This document shows, piece after piece, positions 1 through 8,372 of a stretch of 19,301 nucleotides of DNA. A model generated the notes under the pieces. The model worked only from the letters and a program-made list of their open reading frames with translations. It was not told the DNA's origin and ran no database searches. Source of the stretch: Sandaracinaceae bacterium (GTDB taxonomy: Bacteria > Myxococcota_A > Polyangia > Polyangiales > Sandaracinaceae); NCBI GenBank assembly GCA_044220955.1, contig JBGAQA010000113.1:404-19704 (forward strand). Reading direction: 5' to 3'. A program made the position numbers and the translations under genes. Every line of letters starts with the position of its first letter. The stretch's first letter is position 1.

Positions 1-124
1 CGGCGGGACGCGAGGACGGCGAGGCCGCGCGCGCGGGCGCAGGCACGTCGTGCTCCTGTGCGGCCGCCGCGCCCGCGACGAGCGCGGACACCATCACGGC
101 GGCAGCGAGGGACGGCCTTCGCAT
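1..124 (-). CDS. Partial CDS (5' end) of a putative exported protein, continuing beyond the left edge
   Basis: ATG (CAT at 122-124) opens MRRPSLAAAVMVSALVAGAAAAQEHDVPAPARAASPSSRPA, a basic-hydrophobic-AxA|Q Sec signal peptide; no stop before the edge; divergent from the next gene. Confidence 0.6.
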   Translation of the reverse strand, partial: MRRPSLAAAVMVSALVAGAAAAQEHDVPAPARAASPSSRPA

Positions 125-246
125 CGACTGCTCAGGGTGTCGGACGATCGCGCTTCGGTCGAATTCAGCTGCCCATTCAGCCGGGGACCGCCGCGTCCTC
201 CGCCGCTCCGAGCAAGTCGGCGGTCACGAGCCTCCGATGCCGATTC

Positions 247-261
247 TGCGCACGGTGCGCA
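247..261. promoter_or_regulatory. Palindromic site TGCGCA-CGG-TGCGCA, possible activator-binding site
   Basis: Dyad about 90-100 bp upstream of the predicted sigma-54 start site, where enhancer-binding protein sites usually lie. Confidence 0.35.
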
Positions 262-322
262 AGGCATGCGCTCGGGGAGCGACGGCTCGCGCTCGCGTCC
301 CACGATGACCGATCGCGTGGGA

Positions 323-337
323 TGGCACCCTGGTTGC
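323..337 (+). promoter_or_regulatory. Sigma-54 (RpoN) -24/-12 promoter
   Basis: TGGCAC-CCTGG-TTGC matches the TGGCAC-N5-TTGC consensus, with GG at 324-325 and GC at 336-337; predicted start site near 349, next to GTG 350. Confidence 0.7.
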
Positions 338-349
338 GACAGCGCGCCC

Positions 350-1960
350 GTGCGCCTTCGCTCGTACCGGGTCCTCCTCCTATCCGCGCTAACGCTCGCG
401 GTAGGGGGGGCGGGGGCCGTGCGGGCCCAGCCGGCGGACACGGCCTCCCCGGGCACCACCGCGGCGCCCACCTGCGAGGAGCGCATCGCCGCGCGCGCGC
501 TCCACCCTCCCGACCCGCGACAGGTCGCGTACCAGCGCAGGCTCCCCGAGGTGCTCGTGCGGGCGGAGATCGATCCCGTCCTGTTCCTGCGCTGGCCCGA
601 GGCGCGTCCGCGCAGGCGGCGCGCCGCTGCCCTGCGGAGTGCGATCGATCAGGCGCCGGTGCCCGGCCGGGCGATGGCGGAGTTCCTCGGAGCGCACTCG
701 GATCTCGCGCTGCGCCGCGAGGTGCTGCTCGCCGACGGCTACCTCTTCTCCAGTCGACCGGCGTTGGCCGTGGCGCTCTCGTCGCGGCTGCACCTCGAGC
801 AGCTCTTCGACGCGCCGCGCGTGTACCGCGCGCGCGACGGCCTGGTGGACGTGCTCGAGCGCGGCGACGACGGCTACGTCGAGCCGGACGGCACGCCTGC
901 GACCCTGCGACCGAACGACCGTCTGAGCGACCGTGCGGAGGGGCTCGAGGGGCCGCTCGGCATCGACCTCGAGGTCGTGCGCGCAGAGACGGGCGCGCTC
1001 CGGACCTTCCCGACCGCGATGGGCCCCGACGCGGCGTCGCTGGACCTCGGGTTTCCCGACGGCAGCCGCCGCCCCGCGCTGGTCACGATCGAGCACGGAC
1101 GGACCGAGGTCGTCTGCATCGGCGGCGCGAGCGAGACGCTGGCCGCGACGCAGCTCGACGCGACGCGCTTCTGGACGCGTCACCGCGCGGTCGCCCTCGC
1201 GGCGCGCGCGCTCGTCGAGGAGGGCCCCCGCTTCGACGAGCCCCTCGACGAGCCCGAGGGTGTGCAGCAGGACGGCATGCTCCGCGTCGCCTGGCTCGCG
1301 GCGTACGAGAGCGGGCAGAGCACCTTCACGTTCGGCACGGTCGAGTATCCCGTGTTCGACCCCGAAGGACGCCCGATCCCGCCCGAGGTGTGCATCGACT
1401 TCGTCTTCGACGTGTGGCAGCGCGCGGGCGGCACCTGGTATCGCCGCGAGGGCGAGGTGCGCGGCCGCACGCAGGGCGCGCTCGATCTCGACGTCGCACG
1501 ACTTCCGCGACGGAGCCTGCCGGCCCTGCTCGCCACGACCGACGCGGAGGGAGCGGTGCTCGATCGCTACGACGTGCCCGAGGACGATCTCGTCCCGCTC
1601 TCGCGCGGGGCCGAGTACGCCCGAGCGGTGGCGCGTGAGGCCGACGCGTTCCGCGAAGGCGACGCCCTGATCGTCCACGGGCTGCGGCTACAGGACTATC
1701 GGCGCCACTACCACGCGCTCCTCGTGATCAGGACCGACCCGATGACCGGCGTGCCGATGCGGATCGCCGACAACCAGGATCGGCCGCGCTTCCGCACCCT
1801 CGAGAGCGCGATGCGGGCAGCACCGTACCGAAGGATCGTGCACCGCCTGCGCCTCGATCTCGACGCCCTCGCCGCACTCGAGTCGGTGCCCAGTCGGTCC
1901 GAAGGGCCTCTCGGCGTAGCGAGCCCCTCCTCAGCGCCTGGCGAACGACCGAGGCGCTGA
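350..1960 (+). CDS. Exported hypothetical protein (~536 aa) with possible C-terminal NlpC/P60-like (papain-fold) domain
   Basis: Within ORF 50..1960; GTG 350 gives the signal peptide MRLRSYRVLLLSALTLAVGGAGAVRA|Q and strong GC3 bias; C-terminal motifs EVCIDFVFDVW, GDALIVHG, HYHALLV, ADN. Confidence 0.7.
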   Translation: MRLRSYRVLLLSALTLAVGGAGAVRAQPADTASPGTTAAPTCEERIAARALHPPDPRQVAYQRRLPEVLVRAEIDPVLFLRWPEARPRRRRAAALRSAIDQAPVPGRAMAEFLGAHSDLALRREVLLADGYLFSSRPALAVALSSRLHLEQLFDAPRVYRARDGLVDVLERGDDGYVEPDGTPATLRPNDRLSDRAEGLEGPLGIDLEVVRAETGALRTFPTAMGPDAASLDLGFPDGSRRPALVTIEHGRTEVVCIGGASETLAATQLDATRFWTRHRAVALAARALVEEGPRFDEPLDEPEGVQQDGMLRVAWLAAYESGQSTFTFGTVEYPVFDPEGRPIPPEVCIDFVFDVWQRAGGTWYRREGEVRGRTQGALDLDVARLPRRSLPALLATTDAEGAVLDRYDVPEDDLVPLSRGAEYARAVAREADAFREGDALIVHGLRLQDYRRHYHALLVIRTDPMTGVPMRIADNQDRPRFRTLESAMRAAPYRRIVHRLRLDLDALAALESVPSRSEGPLGVASPSSAPGERPRR

Positions 1961-1967
1961 AGCCCGC

Positions 1968-2063
1968 GGCGAGACCGACGAGGCGAACCTCGCGCTCGCG
2001 TGTTTCGACTGCAACCGCTTCAAGGGCTCGGATATCGCGTCGCTGGACGCCGAGACTGGCGCG
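1968..2063 (+). pseudogene. HNH endonuclease gene fragment (relic)
   Basis: Frame 3 reads GETDEANLALACFDCNRFKGSDIASLDAETGA, matching the NLxxxCxxCNxxK core of small HNH nucleases; in-frame TAG at 1917 with no ATG/GTG/TTG before the motif; similarity is lost after about 2063. Confidence 0.7.
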
Positions 2064-2082
2064 CGGTGTGCTCGCTCCCGCC

Positions 2083-3066
2083 TCAGCGCGGCGCGCCGAG
2101 CCGCAGGCCGCGTCCGTGGATGTCGCGCAGCTCGACGAAGGCGGGGCGCACCGGGAAGTGCAGCTCCATCACGAGCGTGTCGTCGCCCGAGCCGAAGGGG
2201 AGCGGGACCAGCGTGAGCCAGCCGTAGTGGAAGTCGTCGAGCCGCGCGAGGGTGGTGGCGTCGAGGCCGCGGCGCTCGACGAAGCCGAGCGCGCCGAGGT
2301 CGGTCTCGATCACGTCGAGGTCGAGGTCGCCACGGCTCGCGCTCCATCGGACCGCGTACGCGTCGCCGGCGGCCGGTGTGATCTCCTCGAGGCGGAACGC
2401 GTCGTCGTCGCGCCCACCGACGAAGAGGAAGGGGTGGACGTGCGGATCGAAGCCGGTGACACACGACGCGGTCGGGTTCAGTGCCTGGTACTGCATCGAG
2501 CAGACGGTCTGCACACGGATCTCGAAGTGCAGGTGGTCGAACGTGGTGTCGCCGGTGTGGCCGATCGCGCCGACGACCTGGCCGCGCGCGACGGCGCTGC
2601 CGTCCGCGACCGCGAACGAGGAGAGATGGAGGTACACGGCGTAGACGCGATCGACCACCTGGCCGTGGAACGTGAGCGGGGCGGGCAGGGTGTGGCGCAC
2701 GACGAGGACGTTGCCGCCGTCGGGGAACGCCGCGCTGCCGTCGGGGTGGACCCCGTCGACGACGCCGTCGCCGATCGCGGTGACGGGCGTGCCCTCGGCG
2801 TCGTACCAGTCGATGCCGGGGTGGAAGTCGTAGCGCGAGGCGCTCGTCTTCCAGCGCGGGCCGAAGGTGGACGAGATCTGGTGCGGGTGAGGGACGGGAG
2901 GGTCGAAGAGAGGATCGGCCGCGAGCAGGGGCGGCGCCGTCACGCTCGCTGCGCCGCCGCCGTCGGTCTCTTGGCGCGCGGCGTCCGGGCCCGCGTCGGT
3001 CGCGCTGCCGGACGTGCTCGGCGCGCAGCCGGTCAGCATCGCGGCGAGGACGAGCAGGCGTCTCAC
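2083..3066 (-). CDS. M23 family metallopeptidase, lipoprotein
   Basis: Zinc motifs HPGID (HxxxD) and HLHFEIR (HxH), plus GTPVTAIGDG and YLHLS; GTG 3066 gives the lipobox MRRLLVLAAMLTG|C; extra C-terminal domain of unknown type. Confidence 0.9.
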   Translation of the reverse strand: MRRLLVLAAMLTGCAPSTSGSATDAGPDAARQETDGGGAASVTAPPLLAADPLFDPPVPHPHQISSTFGPRWKTSASRYDFHPGIDWYDAEGTPVTAIGDGVVDGVHPDGSAAFPDGGNVLVVRHTLPAPLTFHGQVVDRVYAVYLHLSSFAVADGSAVARGQVVGAIGHTGDTTFDHLHFEIRVQTVCSMQYQALNPTASCVTGFDPHVHPFLFVGGRDDDAFRLEEITPAAGDAYAVRWSASRGDLDLDVIETDLGALGFVERRGLDATTLARLDDFHYGWLTLVPLPFGSGDDTLVMELHFPVRPAFVELRDIHGRGLRLGAPR

Positions 3067-3208
3067 GGCGCGATCCACGACACGGACCCCGCGCGCGCGC
3101 AACCTGCGAGGCCCGGGCCCCTCGTGAGCGACCGAAGACACCGCTCCGCCATCGGGGCGGCTCGGCTCTCCGGGATCGGCGGAGTCGTCTCTCAGCGCTC
3201 GGCCGGCG

Positions 3209-3550
3209 TCACAAGATGCAGACGTTCGCGTGTCCGGTCGGCGTGCTCCGCTCGGTGCAGGAGTAGCCCGCGCGGCAGTCCGACGCGCTCCCGCAGGGCA
3301 GCACGCACTGGCCGCCGCCCTCGGTGACGCAGACGCTGTTGCCGGGGCAGTCGGACTGCCGCGTGCACGAGACGCTGCACGTGCCGCCCGGATACATCGT
3401 CGAGGTGAGGCACGTCGAGCCGGCCGCGCACCCGCCGCTGCCCGAGCAGGGACCTCCGACGACGTTGCCGTCGCGGCCCACGCCGGTGGGCCCGCAGCCG
3501 GCGGCGAGGACGAGCCCCGCGGAGAAAAGGAACAACCCCAACTGTCTCAT
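3209..3550 (-). CDS. Small cysteine-rich lipoprotein
   Basis: ATG 3550 preceded by GAGGT; MRQLGLFLFSAGLVLAAG|C lipobox; repeated Cys modules (CSGSGGCAAGSTC, CTRQSDCPGNSVC, CGSASDCRAGYSC). Confidence 0.85.
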   Translation of the reverse strand: MRQLGLFLFSAGLVLAAGCGPTGVGRDGNVVGGPCSGSGGCAAGSTCLTSTMYPGGTCSVSCTRQSDCPGNSVCVTEGGGQCVLPCGSASDCRAGYSCTERSTPTGHANVCIL

Positions 3551-3711
3551 GAACACCTCGGTGGACGCGACGCAGCAACTCGCGCGCCAGCGATCCTCGC
3601 ACGTGCCGGCTCGCGATTCAGCCCCCGCGGTGTACGGGCGTTGCGCACTGCGCAGCTTCCGAACGTCGGGTGTACGTGGCGCCAGGATCCAACTATCGTG
3701 GTGGCCGAACG

Positions 3712-6700
3712 ATGGCGTCCGCCACGAACGTCCCGCGGGGCAACGAGCCCCCGACCCTGCTCGACGTGGCCTCGCCGGGCACGCCGGGCGCGCGGATCTC
3801 GGACGACCTCCGCCTCGTCCGGGAGCTGGGCTCGGGCGGGATGGGCTCGGTCTGGCTCGCCGACCACCGCCGGCTCGGCACCTCGGTCGCCGTGAAGTTC
3901 GTGCATCCGCACGAGGGACCCGCGCAGCGCGATCGGCTCCTGCGCGAGGCGCAGCTCACCGCCAAGATCGACCATCCGCACGCGGTCCGGATCCTCGAGC
4001 GCGGCGAGACGCTCGCCGGCGTCCCCTTCCTCGTGCTCGAGCTGATCGAGGGGGAGTCGCTGGTGCAGCGACTCGCGTCGAGTGGCCCCACGACGCTCGA
4101 CGACGCGCGCCGGATCGTGTCGCAGGTCGCCGACGTGCTCGCGGCGATGCACGCGGTGCACGTCCTGCACCGCGACATCAAGCCCGGCAACCTCATGCTC
4201 GCGCGCGGGCAGCCCGACCTCTTCGTGAAGGTCGTCGACTTCGGGATCGCGCGCGCGACCGACGGCAGCGAGACGCGGGCGCTCACCCAGCCGGGCGCGC
4301 TCATCGGCACGCCGGCGTACATGTCGCCCGAGCAGCTCATCGAGGGGCGGCCCGCCGACGAGCTCGCCGATCTCTGGGCGCTCGCCGTCGTGGCGTACGA
4401 GGCGCTGACCGCGCAGCCGCCTTTTCGGGGCCATACGCGCGCAGCGATCTGTGCGGGCCAGGTGCTCAAGCGCTACGAGCGCGTCTCCAAGCTGCGTCCC
4501 GAGCTGCCCGCGACGCTGGACGGCTTCTTCGAGCGTGCTTTCGCGATCGAGCCGGAGGTGCGCTTCGCGAGCGCGGCGGATCTCGCGCGGGCCTTCGAGG
4601 CGGCGGCGACGGGGACGGCGAGCGCGGCGCCCGCACCGCAAGGGACGGTGGCGCTGCGGATCCCGGACAAGCTCTTCGGTCGCGAGCGCGAGATCGCGGT
4701 CGTGCTCGAGGCGTTCGAGCGGGCGGCCGCCGGGCGCTCGCGCGTGCTCTTCGTCACCGGCTACTCCGGCATCGGCAAGACCTCGCTCGTCGCCGCGGTC
4801 GAGCAGACGCTCGTCGAGGGTGGCGCCACCTTCGTCTCGGGTAAGTTCGATCAGTTCAACCGCGCGACGCCCTACGACAGCCTCATCCAGGCGTTGCGCG
4901 AGCTGATCCGGAAGAAGATCGGCCACGCCGCCCCCGGCGCGCTCTCGGGCGGCGTCGAGGCGCTCGCGGGGCAGGGCGGGCGCGCGCTGATCGAGGTCAT
5001 CCCCGAGCTCGAGCAGCTCATCGGGCCGCAGCCGGCGCTCGACGGCGTCTCGCCCGAGGAGGCCCGCAACCGGTTCCAGATCGCGGTCGAGCGCCTCGTC
5101 TCCTCGCTCGCGACGGAGGAGCACCCCCTCGTCTTGTTCTTCGACGACCTGCAGTGGGCCGATCTCGCGTCGATCGATCTGATCACGAGCCTCGCGACCG
5201 ATCCCGAGAGCCGCCACGTGCTCTTCGTCGGCGCGTATCGCGACAACGAGGTCGACGCGGCGCACCCGCTGACGGCGGCGTTCGAGCGCTTGCAGGCGGC
5301 GCGGGCGTCGATGGAGCGTGTCGCGCTCGGGCCCCTGAGCGAGGACGCGGTGCTCGACCTGATCTCCGCCACGTTCCCGGGCACGAGCGGGCGCGCGCGC
5401 TTCGCCACGCTCTGCCACGCCAAGACGCACGGCAACGCCTTCTTCCTGCGCCGCTTGCTCGAGGCGCTCTGCGAGGAGGGGCCGCTGCGCTTCGATCCCG
5501 GCAGCCGCGTCTGGACGTGGGACCTGGCTGCGATCGAGGCGCGCGCCGTCACCGAGGACGTCGTGGACTTCGTCGCGTCGGAGATCCGTCGGATGCCGGC
5601 GGCGTCGGGGCGCGCCGTGGCGACGGCGGCGTGCATCGGCGACGCGTTCGACCTCGAGACGCTCGCGGTGGCGCTCGGGACGGAGCGCGGCGACGCGATG
5701 GAGAGCCTGCGGCTCGCGCTCGGCTCGGAGCTGATCGTGCCGGCCGCGGAGCAGACCGCGATCGCGTCGGACATGAGGCGCGAGTCGGCGCGCGTGACGT
5801 TCCGGTTCGCTCACGACCGCATCCGCCAGGCGGCGCGCTCGCTCACCGGGGAGGCCGAGGCAGCGCGCATCCACGCGGCCGTCGGTCGCTTCATGCTCGC
5901 CCGCCTCGATCGCGGCGAGCGCGAGCGGAGGCTCTTCGAGCTGGTCGATCACCTGAACGCGGGGCTCGGGGCCGACGTGACGGGCGCGGAGCGCAGCGAG
6001 CTACGCGCGCTGAACCTGTCGGCGGCGCGGCGCGCCACCAGCTCGGCGGCCTTCGAGCCGGCGCACCGCTACATGATGCGGGCGCTCGCGCTGCTCGCGG
6101 GCGATCCCTGGGCCGACGACTACGAGCAGACGATGGCGATGCACGTCGAGGGCGCGCGCTCGGCGTACCTCGGCGGCGACTACCCCACGATGCAGTCGCT
6201 CGTCGATCTGGCGCTGGCGCACGCGCGCACGCCGCTCGACCGCGTGCTCGCGCGCGAGGTCGAGCTGCACGCGCTCGTGGCGCAGCAGCGCCTCGTCGAC
6301 GTGGTGCGGCTCTCGGTGCAGCTGGTCGGCGAGCTCGGTCTCGCGCTGCCGCTCGCGCCGACCCGCGCGGACGTCGAGCGTGCGGTCGGGGAGACGCTGG
6401 GCCGGCTCGCCGGCGTCACCGTCCAGGATCTCGCGAAGATCCCGATGGCGCTCGACCCCAACGTGGTCGCGATCCTCCGGATCCAGAACGACACGATGTC
6501 GTCGGCGTACCTCGCGGCGCCGAACCTGCTGCCCATCATGGGGTGCAACATCGTGCGGATGACGCTCGAGAGCGGCATCTGCAAGGAGTCGCCCTACGGC
6601 TTCGCGATCCTCGGGCTCGTGCTGAGCGCCGGGAACATGATCGACGTCGCGTACGGCGTCGGCAAGCTCGCGACCGAGCTGCTCGGACGCGTCGAGGATC

Positions 6701-7632
6701 GCTCGGTGCACCCGCGCACGCTGCACGTCGTGACGAGCTTCGTGCGTCCGTTCGTCGAGCCGGTGCGCACCGCCATCGAGGAGGCGCGCGGCGTGTTCCG
6801 CATCGGGATGGACACGGGCGACTTCGAGTACGCGGCGTGGGCGCTGCACACGATGGTGCGCGACGGAATGTTCGGCGGCCTGCCGCTCGACGAGCTCGAG
6901 CCGATGTTCGATCGCACGATGGCCATCCTCGAGCACCACCGTCAGGTCGCCGCGATCGGCGTGCAGGCTCCGTTCGGCCAGATGATCGCCAACCTCCGGG
7001 GACGCGCGGAGGATCCGACGCGCCTGGTCGGGCCGAAGTACGACGAGGCCGCGATGCGCGAGCTCTTCCTGGAGATCCACTATCGCGGCGCCACCTTCGT
7101 GCTCGGCGTGCTCGGCGCGTACGCACGCTACCTGTTCCGGGATCTGCCGGCGGCGCGCGAGAGCCTCGATGCGTGCGAGCCCTACGCGGACGGCGCGGTC
7201 GCAACCTACAACCAGGTGTACTTCCACCAGCTGCGCGCGCTCACGATCCTCGGCATGGCGCAGCCCGGGACGCCGGGTGCCGTCGAGGCGATCGAGGCCA
7301 TCACGCCGAACCTCGCGCAGCTCCGCACGTGGCAGCGGTTCTCGCCGGTGAACCAAGATCATCGCGTGAAGCTCGTCGAGGCGGAGATCGCGCGGGTCGA
7401 GGGCCGGGACGGCGCCGATCGGCTCTACGACGAGGCGATCGCGCTCGCGCAGGAGCACGCATACCTGCCCGAGGTCGCCGTCGCGACCGAGCTGGCGTAC
7501 CGCCACCACGACGCGCAGGGCCACGAGCTGCTCGCCGCCGCCTACCTCGTCGCCGCGATCGCCGCCTACGAGCGCTGGGGTGCGAGCGCGAAGGTCACGC
7601 AGCTGCGCTCGACGGGCGGCCGCGCGGACTGA
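3712..7632 (+). CDS. Ser/Thr protein kinase fused to AAA/STAND-type ATPase and helical (TPR-like) region
   Basis: Kinase motifs GSGGMG, VAVK, HRDIKPGN, DFG, GTPAYMSPE; LFGRERE, Walker A GYSGIGKT, GKFDQ, Walker B LFFDDLQWAD, GNAFF, FRFAHDRI; ends AYERWGASAKV. Start at ATG 3712 (MASAT) is preferred over 3670. Confidence 0.92.
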   Translation: MASATNVPRGNEPPTLLDVASPGTPGARISDDLRLVRELGSGGMGSVWLADHRRLGTSVAVKFVHPHEGPAQRDRLLREAQLTAKIDHPHAVRILERGETLAGVPFLVLELIEGESLVQRLASSGPTTLDDARRIVSQVADVLAAMHAVHVLHRDIKPGNLMLARGQPDLFVKVVDFGIARATDGSETRALTQPGALIGTPAYMSPEQLIEGRPADELADLWALAVVAYEALTAQPPFRGHTRAAICAGQVLKRYERVSKLRPELPATLDGFFERAFAIEPEVRFASAADLARAFEAAATGTASAAPAPQGTVALRIPDKLFGREREIAVVLEAFERAAAGRSRVLFVTGYSGIGKTSLVAAVEQTLVEGGATFVSGKFDQFNRATPYDSLIQALRELIRKKIGHAAPGALSGGVEALAGQGGRALIEVIPELEQLIGPQPALDGVSPEEARNRFQIAVERLVSSLATEEHPLVLFFDDLQWADLASIDLITSLATDPESRHVLFVGAYRDNEVDAAHPLTAAFERLQAARASMERVALGPLSEDAVLDLISATFPGTSGRARFATLCHAKTHGNAFFLRRLLEALCEEGPLRFDPGSRVWTWDLAAIEARAVTEDVVDFVASEIRRMPAASGRAVATAACIGDAFDLETLAVALGTERGDAMESLRLALGSELIVPAAEQTAIASDMRRESARVTFRFAHDRIRQAARSLTGEAEAARIHAAVGRFMLARLDRGERERRLFELVDHLNAGLGADVTGAERSELRALNLSAARRATSSAAFEPAHRYMMRALALLAGDPWADDYEQTMAMHVEGARSAYLGGDYPTMQSLVDLALAHARTPLDRVLAREVELHALVAQQRLVDVVRLSVQLVGELGLALPLAPTRADVERAVGETLGRLAGVTVQDLAKIPMALDPNVVAILRIQNDTMSSAYLAAPNLLPIMGCNIVRMTLESGICKESPYGFAILGLVLSAGNMIDVAYGVGKLATELLGRVEDRSVHPRTLHVVTSFVRPFVEPVRTAIEEARGVFRIGMDTGDFEYAAWALHTMVRDGMFGGLPLDELEPMFDRTMAILEHHRQVAAIGVQAPFGQMIANLRGRAEDPTRLVGPKYDEAAMRELFLEIHYRGATFVLGVLGAYARYLFRDLPAARESLDACEPYADGAVATYNQVYFHQLRALTILGMAQPGTPGAVEAIEAITPNLAQLRTWQRFSPVNQDHRVKLVEAEIARVEGRDGADRLYDEAIALAQEHAYLPEVAVATELAYRHHDAQGHELLAAAYLVAAIAAYERWGASAKVTQLRSTGGRAD

Positions 7633-7652
7633 TCACGGGAGTGCTCGCGAGC

Positions 7653-8318
7653 ATGGAGGTGCACGAGATCGAGGGCCTCTTCGACGCGCGCGTCGTCGTG
7701 CTCTCCGCACCCGTCACCGAGGGGGCGCTCGCGTCGCTGCGCCCGGAAGAGGCGGCGCTCGTCGCGCAGGCGCGCCCCAAGCGACAGCACGAGTTCGCCA
7801 CGGCCCGCGCGCTGGCCCACCTCGCGCTGCGCCGCATCGGCGCCGATGCGGACGCGATCCTCAACGACACGGAGCGCGCGCCCACGTGGCCCGACGGCGT
7901 CCGCGGCAGCATCACGCACTGCGACACGCGCGCGCTCGCCGCCGTGTGCCGCGCGGAGCACGGCAGCGTCGGGATCGACGTGGAGCACCGCAAAGAGCTC
8001 AAGCGCACGCTGTGGCAGAGCGTGTTCCTCGAGAGCGAGATCGCGGATCTCGAGCGGCTCCCCGACGCGCTGCGTGGGCGGATGGCGCTGGTCCTGTTCT
8101 CGGCGAAGGAGGCGCTGTACAAGGCGCAGTTCCCGATCTCGCGTACGTACATGGGCTTCCGCGCGCTCCGCGTGGAGGCCGTCGGCGGCGCGCTCGTGTG
8201 CACCTGGCAGCTCGACGTCCCGGGCTTTCCGCGCGGGGCGATCGCGCGCGGGCGCTACCTGCTCGAGGCGGCGCCGACGGGCGAGGTGGTCACGGGCGTC
8301 CACGTTCCTTCGCCCTGA
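7653..8318 (+). CDS. 4'-phosphopantetheinyl transferase (EntD/Sfp type)
   Basis: C-terminal part of ORF 5154..8318 from ATG 7653; motifs KRQHEF.TAR, APTWPDGVRGSITHC, GIDVE, FSAKEALYKA. Confidence 0.92.
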   Translation: MEVHEIEGLFDARVVVLSAPVTEGALASLRPEEAALVAQARPKRQHEFATARALAHLALRRIGADADAILNDTERAPTWPDGVRGSITHCDTRALAAVCRAEHGSVGIDVEHRKELKRTLWQSVFLESEIADLERLPDALRGRMALVLFSAKEALYKAQFPISRTYMGFRALRVEAVGGALVCTWQLDVPGFPRGAIARGRYLLEAAPTGEVVTGVHVPSP

Positions 8319-8372
8319 CGCGGCTTCATTGGCGATCCTGCGCGCGGCGTGTTTCAATCTTCCGTGGCCTCG

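Noticed and set aside
3642..3654. TGCGCA-C-TGCGCA palindrome in the divergent intergenic region
   Set aside because: Spacing differs from the 247-261 site, no convincing -24/-12 element is nearby, and it could arise by chance at this GC content.
5154..7652. Apparent 1054-aa protein ending in a PPTase domain
   Set aside because: The N-terminal part is an off-frame overlap of the kinase-STAND gene; only the section from ATG 7653 looks like real protein.
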